A stretch of 64,000 nt of DNA, from positions 31,521-95,520 of the forward strand of contig NMRA01000819.1 of the NCBI GenBank assembly GCA_002633005.1, given 5' to 3'. The notes under the pieces are model-generated. The model saw only the letters and a list, made by a program, of their open reading frames with translations. It was not told the DNA's origin and searched no databases. The stretch is from Phoronis australis (Eukaryota; Animalia; Phoronida). Positions 22,855-35,600 of the stretch are shown here, in pieces; the first letter of the stretch is position 1; each line of letters starts with the position of its first letter. The position numbers were made by a program, and so were the translations under genes.

Positions 22855-25800
22855 ATTATGCGCCCACATATATATATGTGGACGCATTATGCCGTCATCT
22901 CCGTTCGTCCGACGTCCGTCCGGCGTCTGGCGTCCGCTGGCTCTATTCCCAAAACCCTTTGACATACGTTCATGAAATTTGGCACATATGTTCCATTCAT
23001 AAATGGGATGGATTTCGCTACCGGTGTGCCCCCTAGTGGCAATTCTAGTTTTTTACGTTTACCTTTGTATCTTCAAAAGTCCTAAGCGGATTTTTATGAA
23101 ATTTGGTATGTAGGCACCTACATGTACATGTATTACTGGGATGACGCTATCCTTCCGTTTTCGGATGGATTCGACGTAGTTTGCGCCACCTAGTGACCGT
23201 TTTTACTGTTTTCGAGTCTGTTTTTTGCGTCCACCCCTCTATCAACCAAACCGCTCAAAGGATGATTGTGAAAATTGGTATGCATGTTCTTACTATAAAG
23301 AGGACGGTTGACGATGATTTCCGACGATTTTGACTACTGTGGCACCTCCTACTGGCAGTTTTTTTTTTGCGCCTATGGCTGTATCTCCTATACCGTTCGC
23401 AGGATCTTTACGAAATTTAGTAAGTATATTTATATGATGTTAAAGGAGAATGCCACCCGATTTATTTAGTCTTTTTTACCGTCTTAATCGGTCTATATCC
23501 ACATCGCCTCTTATACGGTCGACCTCACCTTGCCGAGAGATGTCGCGTTAACTTGTGAGAAAGGTAAGAAACGACGCAGCGACGTCAGTGGTTCGTCTGC
23601 AGAGTTAATGCTACTGTATAGCGGTGCACCGTTCCCGCTTGTGCGAACAATGAAACTGCGAAGAAAGCAGGTATATCGTTTTTTCGACTTTCTCGAGAGT
23701 CCGAAATGCTTAGGAACTGGCTCGCGGTCGGTAGTGAAGAATGAAAGGTAGGCCTACGCTGTTAATAGCAAGTATGAGGCCGTGAAACATCTCCTTGTCT
23801 GTTGCCGGCATTTCGTCGACAGTGTTCTCTGAAGAATTCCGGCTTACCAAAGAACTATCCGTACGTTCCGTTGTCTGTGCATGTTCACGGCGCCTCTCTA
23901 GTATTTCTTGATCAATGTATTCCGGTTCGAACTGATAGACTGTGGAACCTAACGATCCGACCCGTGAAGTCTTCGTCGGATGACTGGCTTTTGACTAAGT
24001 CGGGATTGGCGCCGGGCGAGTTGCCATATACTCTGCGTTCTGTTTCAAAATGAATTATTCTCATCCTAACCAATGCTTATACAAAACTGAAACAAAGTCT
24101 GTCTCATTACATACAATTTTAATACCTTTGCAGTATTTGCGAGTGCAAATGTTGAGAAGCCATCAATGAATAAACCACTGCGTTACCGGCTTGCCGTGAA
24201 CAAAGGTAATTGACCGGGCACCGAAGCCGTGTGAGCGCATGCTAATTCAGTGTTTGCTGACAGAAAGCTGTTTTGAAACAATGACTCGATTTTACATGCT
24301 ATTGCCACATGTTAGGGGAATCTTTATTTAGAAATACAAATGCATTAATCATTGTTAATGTACAACCTTTGCTCTGACGGTCTGTGGAAGGGGAACCCAA
24401 CTTCGCGGCTCCCGACGAGTAAGTACTAGATTTTCAGTTTCCTGGCTAATTCACGTAAGTAATTACGTCACATTATTTCTTTGGTTCACTATTACCTCAC
24501 TATTATCAGTGTTTTAGTACGGGGTAGGCGCACGTAGGCGCAACCAACCACCTACGCATCGTAAGATAAGTGCAGTGCTCAAGGTGATACGGTGGGCTTT
24601 CGGCGCCTACTTACCTCTACTTTTACCACTGCAGCACTGCTACTCAAGTTGGTTTATGTTCGTGCCAGTCTCGGCGGCGGCGACGGACCTGATCGGGTTC
24701 CGAGCCACTGGCCGGGTAACAAGCGTTTCGTTTGTTTAGAACTCAAAAAATCACAAGTCTAAACAACATAGGTTCTCTTGTCTGTATCTCACGGAAGAAC
24801 ACTTCGAATTTGTCTCCGAACAGACACCAAGGTCCTGCCACGGACCTTGGTAAATTGGCCTGCCGAACTTTGCAGGCTACGGTGTGTCCAAATACCAATA
24901 AATCCGTAACAGCGAAATAAAGCATCAGGTTTTCGTAAGAACTCTGTGTATTTTTAAGGGTTTTGCATCCAAGTTTGGTGATTTATTGGTGTTAAACGAT
25001 GACTTCAAGCATTAAGCTGACACCAGTAACCCGTGTTGTGAACTGCTGAACAGACTGCGTGTGAAACCGATGACGTCATTGGATAATTTCAACACCTCCG
25101 TCTGCCGTCAGGTGTCAGGTAACGCAACTGCACGTGCCGTTATCGAGTAGATTTACTCGTTCTAAATTGATACAAAATAGGTTGTTTTTTGGGTGACATT
25201 CTCCTTTAACAACAACTTTCGGACAGATCTGACAACTGGTGTGCCACCTAGTGGCAATTTTATTTTTTTTTACGTTTACCTCTGCATCTTCAAAGGTCCT
25301 CGTCGTATTTTCATAAAATTTGGCATATAGGCATCTATTAATGAGATGTTGCTAACTCTCCGTTTTCAAATGAATTCGACCTAGTTTTGCTCACCTAGTG
25401 GCCATTTTTACTGTTTTCGAGCTTTTTGGCGTCCACTAATCTGTCAACCAAACCGTTTTCAGGATAATTGTGAAAATTGGCATGTTTTTACAATGATGTG
25501 GACGGCTGGTGATGATTTTCTGACGATTTCGTTTACTGGGGCGCCTCCTAGTGGCAGTTTTTTTGCGCTCATGGCTGTGTCTCCTAAACTGTTTGCAAGT
25601 GTATTTATATGATGTTGACTACGGACGACGACGGCTTTCCGACAGATCTGACTACTGGTGCGCTCCCTAGTGGCAATTTTAGTTTTTTACGTTTGCCTCT
25701 GTATCTTCAAAGGTCCTCGACAGATTTTCATAAAATTTTGAATATAGGTATCTATTGGTGTGATTAAGCTATATTTCTGTTTTTAAATGGAATCGAGGTA

Positions 25801-26280
25801 TTTTGCTCCACCTAGTGGCCATTTTTGCGGTTTTCAAATCTTGTTTTTGGCGTTCACCCCTGTATCAACCAAATCATTCGAATATTTGCATAATATGTTC
25901 TCAGTGTGAAGACGACCTCTGACGATGGTGACTAACTACTGTGGCGCCTCCTAGTGGTAGTTTTGTTTTGCGCCCATAGTTGTATCTCCTGAACCCACTG
26001 CAGGATCTTTATTAAATTTAGTAAGTGTACTTATATGAAGATAACAACAGACGACGACGACTTTCATTCGGATTCAACGGACACTGTGCCCACTAGTGGC
26101 AATTTCATTTTATTCTATTTTCCTTTGTTTCTCTGAAGTTCCTTGACAGATTTTTATGAAATGTGGCATGTTCCTATTTTTGGATGATTGTATGTTTTTT
26201 GATACAAATAAATAACCGTAAAAGCACACCATTTGCAATGCATTTGTGGGCGCATTTCAACACTCCGCGTTGCTCTTGTT
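22855..26280 (+). mobile_element. Helentron-associated non-autonomous element (HINE/DINE-1/pearl-like) with internal tandem array
   Basis: 5' subTIR ATGCGCCCACA (22858-22868) with adjacent palindrome, GTCC-like microsatellite (about 22900-22936), about 120-160 bp internal repeats with cc(a/t)cctagtgg and gaaatttgg, 3' subTIR TGTGGGCGCAT (26245-26255), then a short stem-loop and TT. Confidence 0.75.
23444..25205. mobile_element. Non-autonomous Kolobok-type DNA transposon (TTAA TSD)
   Basis: TTAA at 23440-23443 and 25206-25209. TIR AGGAGAATGCCACCC versus AGGAGAATGTCACCC (14/15). AG..CT termini. No long ORF. Confidence 0.85.
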
Positions 26281-26428
26281 CATTAATTCGTCATTCCACG
26301 GAAAGTGAAGTTGGGGAACACTAACGTGCGTGTTAAGTGATCAACTAGAACTTCATTTGAACGAGCAAAGTTTATTTGATGAGTTACTTTATAAGTAGGG
26401 TACTAACATCTAAGTGAAGTATATTTGC

Positions 26429-26647
26429 AAGGACATGTCTATTTGTATGCATGTCACTTAAGGACATGTCTATTTGTATGCATGTCACTTAAGGACATGT
26501 CTATTCGTATGCATGTCACTTAAGGACATGTCTATTTGTATGCATGTCACTTAAGAACATGTCTATTTGTATGCATGTCACTTAAGAACATGTCTATTTG
26601 TATACATGTCACTTAAGGACGTGTCTATTTGTATGCATGACACTTAA
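26429..26647. repeat. Minisatellite, 31 bp x 7, downstream of the ABCA stop
   Basis: aaggacatgtctatttgtatgcatgtcactt repeated. Confidence 0.92.
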
Positions 26648-26918
26648 TCCTGCTCAGTATCAACATAGATCCTGTGATGAAACTATGAGTAAGAGAAAAA
26701 CTTATTTAAGAAAAAATAACGTTGTCATAAATCTTTAAACATTTCCGAAAGTTTATGTACTTAACGTAGTCGTTGTTAACTTCCAAATGAACGACAATGG
26801 CGATAAGTCAAAAAGCCTTCGTCGTTGCCTAAGTGTATCGCAAGGGAATTTACATTCATGCCCGTGTCTTTATGGGCAACTTTAGATGCCTGGCAATTCA
26901 GCTTCTTAAAGTTTGTGC

Positions 26919-29900
26919 TTAACGCTTCTTGCGATGGAAAGCAAAGCTCATAAATATCTGAGTCAGAGCGGCCTGTATGACGTAAAAGCTTTCCAAATTT
27001 AACTTCTCCTTGGCATTGTCCACAACTTTGTGGATTTCCGCCCAGTTCATATTGGTTTCGCGGATCTGGAACGTCAGACGCTCCTTGTCGTCGTCGATGA
27101 GAAAAGAACCCGGGAAAGTCTTGGCCATGAAATCCCGCACGGGTCGGTCCGAGGCGATCGTCTCGTCGTCCATCTCCTTCAGTCGGACGACAAGTGTGCA
27201 CCCTTTGCCGTATTTGGAGATAAGATGCGGCACGGAGCCGATACATTGGAATGAGCCGTCGGCGATTATGGCAATAGTAGAGCACAACTCCTCACATTCA
27301 GCCATGCTGTGTGAGGACATAAAGATGGTAGAGCCTAGCGCACGTTTTTGGTTCAGAACCTGCTTTACTTTCATCTTGGCTACTGGGTCCAGGTGGCTAG
27401 TGGGGTTGTCCAGCAGTAAGATCTGTGGGTCGCTCACAAGGGCAATGGCAATGGCAACCAACCGCCGCTTTGGATCACTGTGAAATAAACCGCAGTGGAG
27501 CGGATAAGGAACAAAAATGTAGACAGACTGAATGACGAATGATAAGGGTGTATTGATTAGTTGCGGTCAAAAGGCACCAAGAGAAATATCTCGTCAGAGA
27601 TGTGTCTTGGTTACAGTGTGCACCACGAACTAATTGTTTACAGTCACAGTCAGAGTTGGGAAAGGACGATTAAAATAAGTGGCGATTTTAGACTGTTGAA
27701 TTCATCCCGGCCAGTGACATAAGTGTTGAACTTAATCTGATGAGTAAAATAAAATAAAATTTGTTTCTCGAGCGTGACCGATTGTAACTTAGAGCATGAG
27801 TCTCAATATTCTGTTCTGTAATTGACAAACAATATTTTTCAGTCGTATACGCTACATACTTTGCCGAAACAAAAATGAGCGCTCCCCGACAACTACGAGA
27901 GGGGATATTAACATTTTACAAAGTGACCTAATCATCTCGGAGCAGCAAGGGCGGAGTGAGGGCAAACGAATATGAGTTAAAATGTTGGTCTTACCTATAA
28001 GTTTTTATCCTTTCCTTGCAGAAAACATCAAGTCCAAGAGCATTAATCAGGTTCGTGCAATTCTCGCGCAGTTGCTCCTCTGCCACGCCATGAAGTCGGC
28101 CGTAAAACATAATCGATTCCTCACCCGTCATCCATGAGTGCAGGTAATCATCGTTCTGCGGACAATAGCCAATGAAGGGGCGTGTGTCGTATAACTCCTC
28201 AGTGACGTCATAACCCTTGATAAATATGCTGCCCGAAGTCAAAGATTCCTGGCCTGTTATCAATTTGAAAATTGTGGTCTTGCCAGTTTGGTTCATGCCG
28301 AGAAGACCGAAAAAGGACCCCACGGGAACGCCGAACGTCAGCCTGTCAACGGCAACCCTTTCGCCATAGCACTTGGACACAGCTTGGAATATAATGGCCT
28401 CGTCGGCAAAAGTTTGTTTCTCGTTCACTCGTGTTTCTTCGTCCTGGACGTCGTCCTCGTCAGACTGATTCCCAACAACAATTTGGGGCTTGGGTTCACA
28501 TTGTGCAATCTGCCAGCAGCGTTCTACTGCCGGGTCATTGCCGTACTTTTCGGTGAGCGCGATGGCAATCCAATACAAGCAACCATTGAAGAACAGGAAG
28601 AACATACAGCTACCTGTCTCGTTCCATGCTAAGTAGTTGTCCTTGTTTTGGAAGCCCATATCCCAGATTGCCTTACCGAGGTTATACTGAGGCAAAAACA
28701 GTTGGAAGAGAGTGTTGAGGAATTCAGTGAGTCCTGGTGCAAGGATATAGGTTTCAGTCGCTTTGGTCAGCGAAAGTGGCAAGAGTGAAGTCACGCCGAA
28801 ACAGATTATTATCAACTCCAAGCCTGCAACTGGCTTGTCAAACGCGTGGCATAATAAGTATAGTAGTGGCAACACCGCAAACCCGTACAGGAAGAACGCC
28901 ATTGTAAATATCCCAAGGCGCCCTCCTTGATATTCTGGCGCGTTTATGGCTACAAAGATGACAGACATTAACGAGATTCCAACACTGTAAAAAAAGAAGT
29001 CCCAGATGAACGCAGCTGACCAGTAGATCAGAGGCAGAACGCCAGAGACCAACTGCATGTGTTTGGCGTTACTTACATATTCTCGTATTTTGAACATGCT
29101 GAAGAAGGCGGGCAGTATGCTAGCTAGTGCCAGGGATGCAGAAGTAACGAAAAGGCGCATCTGCGTTCCTATAATTCCGCCTGCTACTTGTCTAGTTTTG
29201 GTCGTGGGTATAGGGTGGTTCGTGAGGTGCATGGTATACCCCTCTAGCTTTTGGCTGGACTTAAGGATTGCGTTGTGTATGCTGTTCCACGCAATAGGTT
29301 CCACGTGATACGGCTCGGTGTTGTAGTAAACCTTCACGTCGAGTCCATTCTCTGTTTCGCGAAATCTAGCAGAGAGTATGTAACTTCGCACCGTCTTCCA
29401 CCAGTTGAGAAGAGCCCTACTATGAAAATGATCCGCATCCATTATTTTCTTCGTGTAGATCGCGCTTGTTATGTTGGACACTTCTACTGTTGACGGAAAT
29501 TGCTTTCTCCATGCGTCAGCATACATATTGCCGTCATCGCCATATCCCGCGAAACTAACCAAGGGCGATTCATATTGTGTGACAGTTAAGTGCAACTCAT
29601 CCAGTGCAACACCCGTGTTTGGAGCAGCAATCAACAGCAAAGACGCAATGAGAAACGAAATTGCCAACAAAATAGGCAGTAATAGCATTATAACCGAAGA
29701 AATAATACTGCGGCATGAGTGACGCACTGACTTGATTAGCAGTCCTTTCATATGTTCAGCGTACAACTTAATGTTATCTGTCAATGGTCTGGATATCACA
29801 GGTCGAGACTGCCTAGTAGTTTGTCGCCGTAAAGCTTCAAAGTCTTCATCGTCAGGATTTGCACTTTCGTTTTTGGATGTTTCTTGCTGTGCTTTTTGTG

Positions 29901-32688
29901 TGTCACCTTTGTGTTCTGTGAGTAGAATTGAATCAACATCGGCTCCCTCGGCCTTCACTGTAGCTACCTTAGCAGTCGGTGTATCGCTTTTGTTAACCTT
30001 ATCAAACTTCACGTCTACCAGAGTCTTTTTCCTTGTGAAAGCTGCTGAGTCACGAGCATTTCTTGCACTCCCCTGTAAAGTATTTCTGTGACTAAGCCTT
30101 GCTCTAGTGCCTCCCTTTTCAACGTCAATTGCGAAGAACTTCGTCATTTTTCGTCCTATCTCTATTACCTTGCTCAATCGTTGCTTGAACTTGGATATTT
30201 CAGCGTTTTTAAGCATTAGTTCCCTTAGATCCATCTCGTCTTCTTCAACTACACGGAAGTACATTTCCTCGAGTGAAGAGATGCACACGGAATATCCTAG
30301 TATGCCTATGTCCTTCTGGGCCGCTTCTAGATCGCGGAATACTTCTTCAAACATTCCGGCGTCTTGGACGGGCATTGAAAATACCATTTCAGTGGTGACA
30401 CTTTTTTCCAGCAATGCGTTTGGCATGTGTTTCTGAACATACGCTGTGACACTGTCCACTCTGCAATCAGGCGTCTTTGAAATAATCAAGTGGTAACCGG
30501 CTGCGTAAGAATTTTTCAGAAAATTCGCAGAGCCGTAGCACTGAAGTGTTCCGTTGGCCATAATTCCAACTCTGTCTCCCAAATGTTCAGCCTCGTCTTC
30601 AAATTCCGTAGTGCACAAAATAGTTTTGTCTCTCTTCAGCTTCTTCAGCAAACCCCATACGTGATGTCTGGTCGAAGGGTCCATGCCTTTTGTAGGTTCA
30701 TCCAGGATAACCACTTTTGGATTGCCCATCAGAGACTGAGCAACTGTCAACATTCGCATCTGTGCCACCGGCAAATTTTTAGCAAGCGTTCGCCTATTTT
30801 TTCTTAGACCTGTCGCCTGTAGCATATTGTCAACGGCGTCCTTCAAACGCTTGTAAGAAATCCCTCTTAAACGACCAAAAAATCTCAAATTTTCCTCAAC
30901 CGTCAGATAATTGAAAAAGATATTTTCATCTGGGCAACAACCGACTGCACTGTGAACAGCCGATTGATCCTTTGTGATGTCAAAACCATCTACGAAAGCT
31001 GTCCCTGAGGTTGGAGTAACTACACATGTCAGCATGGACACTAATGTTGATTTCCCAGCACCTTGAGGCCCTAGAATGACAGAAATTTGACCTTGAAGCA
31101 TATCCACGTCCAGGCAGTTTATGGCTGCCGTGTCGTTGAAGGCCCCCACGTACTCCTTTGTTAGTCTCTGAGTCTGTATGCCAATTCGCGTATTCGGCTG
31201 TATGGGCTCAAACAGCTCAGGAAGCCCTGTACCCAGGGGCTCTAGCCTGTGCTCCCGTGACGGTTTTCTACCGAGCCAGTACGTCCTGGTGAAGGGGAAG
31301 TAAAGCGGCTTTGGTATACCCGATGTTGGCTGCACATTTTCAAGGTACCAGGTCAGGAGCGAATAAAGTACGATATCAACAGCAAGCATGATCAAGACGA
31401 TAGCAAATGACAGCTGATTTGAAAACGTTGGTTCGTTCACGTTTCCCCAGGCGAGGGGCACTTGCAACTCCAGACGCTGCGTAATGATTTCAAACGCTGT
31501 ATGGAGAGCAACATTAGGAAATATGCACAGTAACCCTTTGACTGCAGCGCTGGTTGAGGAAGGATTGAACATCATTGGAACACTGGGGGCAAACGTGGCA
31601 AGGAAGATAATGAGGCTTATGAAGACAGCAGTGGAAGAAGATGTGAAGAAGGTGGTGAGGGCAAAACAAAATGTGATGGCCGCCAGGAAGTAAAGGAGCA
31701 TCAATATGAGAACTAAGAGAGCGTCAGTGCTACCCAGGAGTGGGCCATATTTGCTTATTCCAGATAACATCAATACGGAGTGTATGGTATAACTTAGAAA
31801 AATAAGCAGGAAATATTTGAGAAAATATGCTAGCCAAATAACGAAGTTGCTGACTCCTATCATGTTGAGTTTCAGTCTGATTTTGTTCTCTTTGTCGCCG
31901 ACCACATCTTTAGAAATTGCCACGCAGTAAACAAGAAAACTACAGACTATAAGAGACGGTTGAAGAGTGGCCACGTATTCAAAAAAGTCATCGGTGCTCA
32001 ATCGAGGTAAAATCATTCCCGACACTTTGGCACTGTACGTTTGATTTTGGCACATGATGGCCAAAATTGTTCTTTCGACAGCAAGCTGCAGTGTGAGAAA
32101 GCCACTGGAGTAGTAATCACGATGGTACTTTCTTCTGTATGTCAGTCGTGCAGTGTTCAGGTAGATTTTCCCAGTTTGAAATGAGCTTTGGTCAGGTGTA
32201 TACATCCGTATCTTGTATCGTATATCTTGTGGCATAATGTCTTCTTTCGTGATAGATGTAAACGTGACTCCACCTAAATAATCCCTACTTTCTTCATTTT
32301 CCTTTAGTCTTTCTTCAAGTGTTTCATCAGAAGACAAACCTTCGGCCTCCACCCACATTCCAATTTCGTTTATAACTCCGTCCATTATTCTCGTAGTCAA
32401 TTTATTTTGTGGCGTATACGCTATTTTCCCTGGGTAAAAGGTTATTCCATTAATATCTTTAAGGTCTGGCGGCATTTTTAAATCGCCTGACGTTCGTTCG
32501 CGAGTAAAAATTTGAGACTTGGGTGCATTTTTTTTGTCTCGCGTTGCATGCATCGACAAAGGGAGAGTTGCAATAAGCACAGGTAATAACAGCAACATAC
32601 CCCCTAAAAACGGTCGACGTTTAAGTATCGCGGCATCTTTCCAAAATAACAAGTCGCCAAGTTGGAGAATTACCTTGTTACACGACAT
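26919..32688 (-). CDS. Full-length ABC transporter subfamily A (ABCA3-like), about 1750 aa, 2 exons: 32688-27995 and 27477-26919
   Basis: N-terminal QLGDLLFWKD, SGFLTLQ, two TMD-NBD halves, Walker A GPQGAGKST and GMNQTGKTT, VILDEPT, IGYCPQ, SSHSMAECEELC, SLEEMYF. The 517 bp intron AG/gtaaga...tttcacag/T joins the halves in frame (YSDPKRR). There is an in-frame stop upstream of the ATG. Confidence 0.96.
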
Positions 32689-35600
32689 TTTCTTACACTT
32701 TGCGTCAGCAAATTGGCGAAAATGTCAAACAAGTGTCACCGAGCTTCGCTATCCATCTTTGGTTAGTTTTTTTATCTCGTTTAACCCGTTTCACTCATCT
32801 TCTTCAAAACATGTAAAATTTTGTTCTTCTGATTTTGCGATAACTGACGCGTTTGTATTGTCTGCTACGAATCCCGTCACGAGAACGTAATCTGCTACTT
32901 TTTCGTGTCGTTTGATCACGGGAATACAATATAACGTGAAGGCTGGATGCATAAAAGGAAACGGAGAATGCTGCAAAAGTGGAACAAACATAATATGAAA
33001 TCAAGTAATTGGTGTCATAATGGGTGTTTTTTATTGCAAATCTAGCTAAAAGGCGGTGTAATATCTAATTTGTACATTTTCAGGCAACACCCGTTGAATC
33101 TATTCAACAAAATAAAAAAGTTTGGTGAAGACCTATTGTTTTCCTTCATTCTCTACAGCAAAAGCCACATGTTATATTGGATTCAGAAATACAAAATGAT
33201 AACTTCAAGAGAGCATTAAACTCGATCTAGGTGACACCAAAAACGTGTATCGAGTTTGACCTCAGTGTTTTTGTAACAATATCCAACTCACTTCTTTCCA
33301 TACTTAGAGTAAGAATGGTTTCAAGGTTTAAGAAGAAGCGTCAAGTCGTTATTGTCTGTCTCCCAGACAATATGGCCACCACTTTCGATTCAAATGACCT
33401 CGATTTTGAAGAGCATTATACATTTACATGCATACCACAAGGGACAGGGTATGATTTTAATTCCGGAACTTGGCACTTGTTTCACCTATAACTTAAGTGA
33501 GAAAGNATACAAAATGATAACTTCAAGAGAGCATTAAACTCGATCTAGGTGACACCAAAAACGTGTATCGAGTTTGACCTCAGTGTTTTTGTAAAAATAT
33601 CCAACTCACTTCTTTCCATACTTAGAGTAAGAATGGTTTCAAGGTTTAAGAAGAAGCGTCAAGTCGTTATTGTCTGTCTCCCAGACAATATGGCCACCAC
33701 TTTCGATTCAAATGACCTCGCTTTTGAAGAGCATTATACATTTACATGCATACCACAAGGGACAGGGTATGATTTTAATTCCGGAACTTGGCACTTGTTT
33801 CACCTATAACTTAAGTGAGAAAGTCAGCCTTTTGCTCCTCTCAATTGCTTCCGAAAATGTTTATGTTACTTTAGTAATGTACACCAGGGAATCTACTAAT
33901 AAGTGCTAACCACTAAGAACAAACGTTACTGCTGAAACACGGTCTCCTGCTTGTTGCTGACTTGCTGTCCTTTTTATTACATTGGAAAACTTGTTATTCG
34001 ATAATAACGATGTCGGGGTCTTGTGTTCTGTGAGGTCTGTTTCGTGAAAAAGACTGAAATTTGATCTTATGTTCCCACGTCACTGTTAATGGATGTAAAG
34101 AACTCGACCTAAATGAAAATAACATTTATTCGAAATAGTATCAAAATTTCTTTTAAATATTAAATCTATTGGTGAGTCGTTAAAATTGTATACATGTACA
34201 TACTAAAACAATATATTGTGTATAAAAATGATTTATTTGTATTCGTAATCACATGTCATTGCAACCTTAACATCTGTTTAGTAATTTATGTATTTGTGTA
34301 TATAGATTTATTTGTATTTATTTAACCCACATGCAATGCTTCTTGGCGCTTTCTGGGTCGGTATGTTGTCACAATTCTTGAATAAAGATTTAGTCAATTG
34401 ATTATAGTTTACAGAAGTAATATCAGTTAGTAGCAGTTATGTATACAATATACAAAGAAACGATGTACTTTTGCTCATGTGAGATTTAATTCTTTTTAAA
34501 AATCATTGTGCGGAGTGTCACACACCAAATACCTGTCTTACGTCTTTTAAGACGTAAAATTCACTTTTCATAAAACAGACGCCGGAGGTCCCCAGGGGTC
34601 CGTTTTATGATAAGTGACTTGAGGACGTGAGTCAGAAATTTTATCTTACCTTACCAGTTCACATTTTATCTTACCCTACCAGTTCACATTTCTGAACACA
34701 GGCTTTACTTAATGGTAATTAGGGGCAGCCTAGGAATAAATGACATCACTATTTATCTCAATTTCATCAGTTATATGACTAGTCTCACAGTAGTCCCATC
34801 GATCAAAAATGAACTCCAGTCGTGCTCTCCTCATTAAGAACACATACGCTATGAAGATATTGAAGCTGGTGAAAAACTAGCTCTACTACTGGCCGCCACA
34901 TGAGTTGCACCGTTTCGAAAATCAACGCAACCGTGCTCACCTAAATACGTGGCAGACATTGAGCAAGAGGCAAAGAAAACGAAAAGTGTCCGTAAGTCGT
35001 TCACAGTAGTTAGTCTCTGTCGCTGTCCAGACGTCAGCCGTGCTCTCCATGGGAAAACACCTGCCAAGATGACATGACAATTCTTCAAGCGATAGGCAGG
35101 AGAGCGAAACAGCAGAAAAAGCCAGTAAAAGGCGTAGCATGAGCCAAATCAGTCTGAAAACAAGACAGATAGTGTCGTTTCCTTGACAAAAACTTGTTAA
35201 CCATATCTCAAGAGCGTGCATCAAGGCGAAAGTAAAAACATGGCACTAGGGGACGCCTCAGTACTCTAAATCGTTTCAAAGAGCAACACCAGTCCGTAGG
35301 CCTACTTTCCTGAACAGAAACACGTAGGGGCCCACAACAAATTTAATGAAAATTCCTCAGCGTCTTGGATCACATTGAGGCATGGGCAAAAATCGAAATT
35401 GGCTGTAGGGGTGTACTCGTCCAAAAACCAATCAACCTCTTCTTTATGGAACACGTCTGGCAAAGTGAGCGGATACGTCGAATTGAAACGAAGGACATGC
35501 TTGTTATATTTTTGTATCCTTGGGAAACATATATGAGAATCCTCTTAAATTTTTGAGGCTTTTTGAAATGAGGCAACCGTAAATGTCCAATTTTATCGTG

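Noticed and set aside
26919-27461. 180 aa ORF as a separate ABC ATPase gene, or a frameshifted pseudogene
   Set aside because: Canonical GT-AG sites join it in frame to the 1565 aa ORF as exon 2.
1557-32688. AASDH plus ABC transporter as an NRPS biosynthetic cluster or horizontal transfer
   Set aside because: AASDH is a conserved intron-rich animal gene and ABCA is a native lipid-transporter family; adjacency alone is not evidence of linkage.
27010-32890. Many plus-strand ORFs and the 26776-27285 alternative frame over the ABCA gene
   Set aside because: Antisense or shifted-frame shadows of a long coding sequence with no recognisable motifs.
34850-35100. YYWP...KYVA fragments resembling a Gypsy integrase zinc finger
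   Set aside because: Too short and degenerate; no RT, RNase H or LTRs visible.
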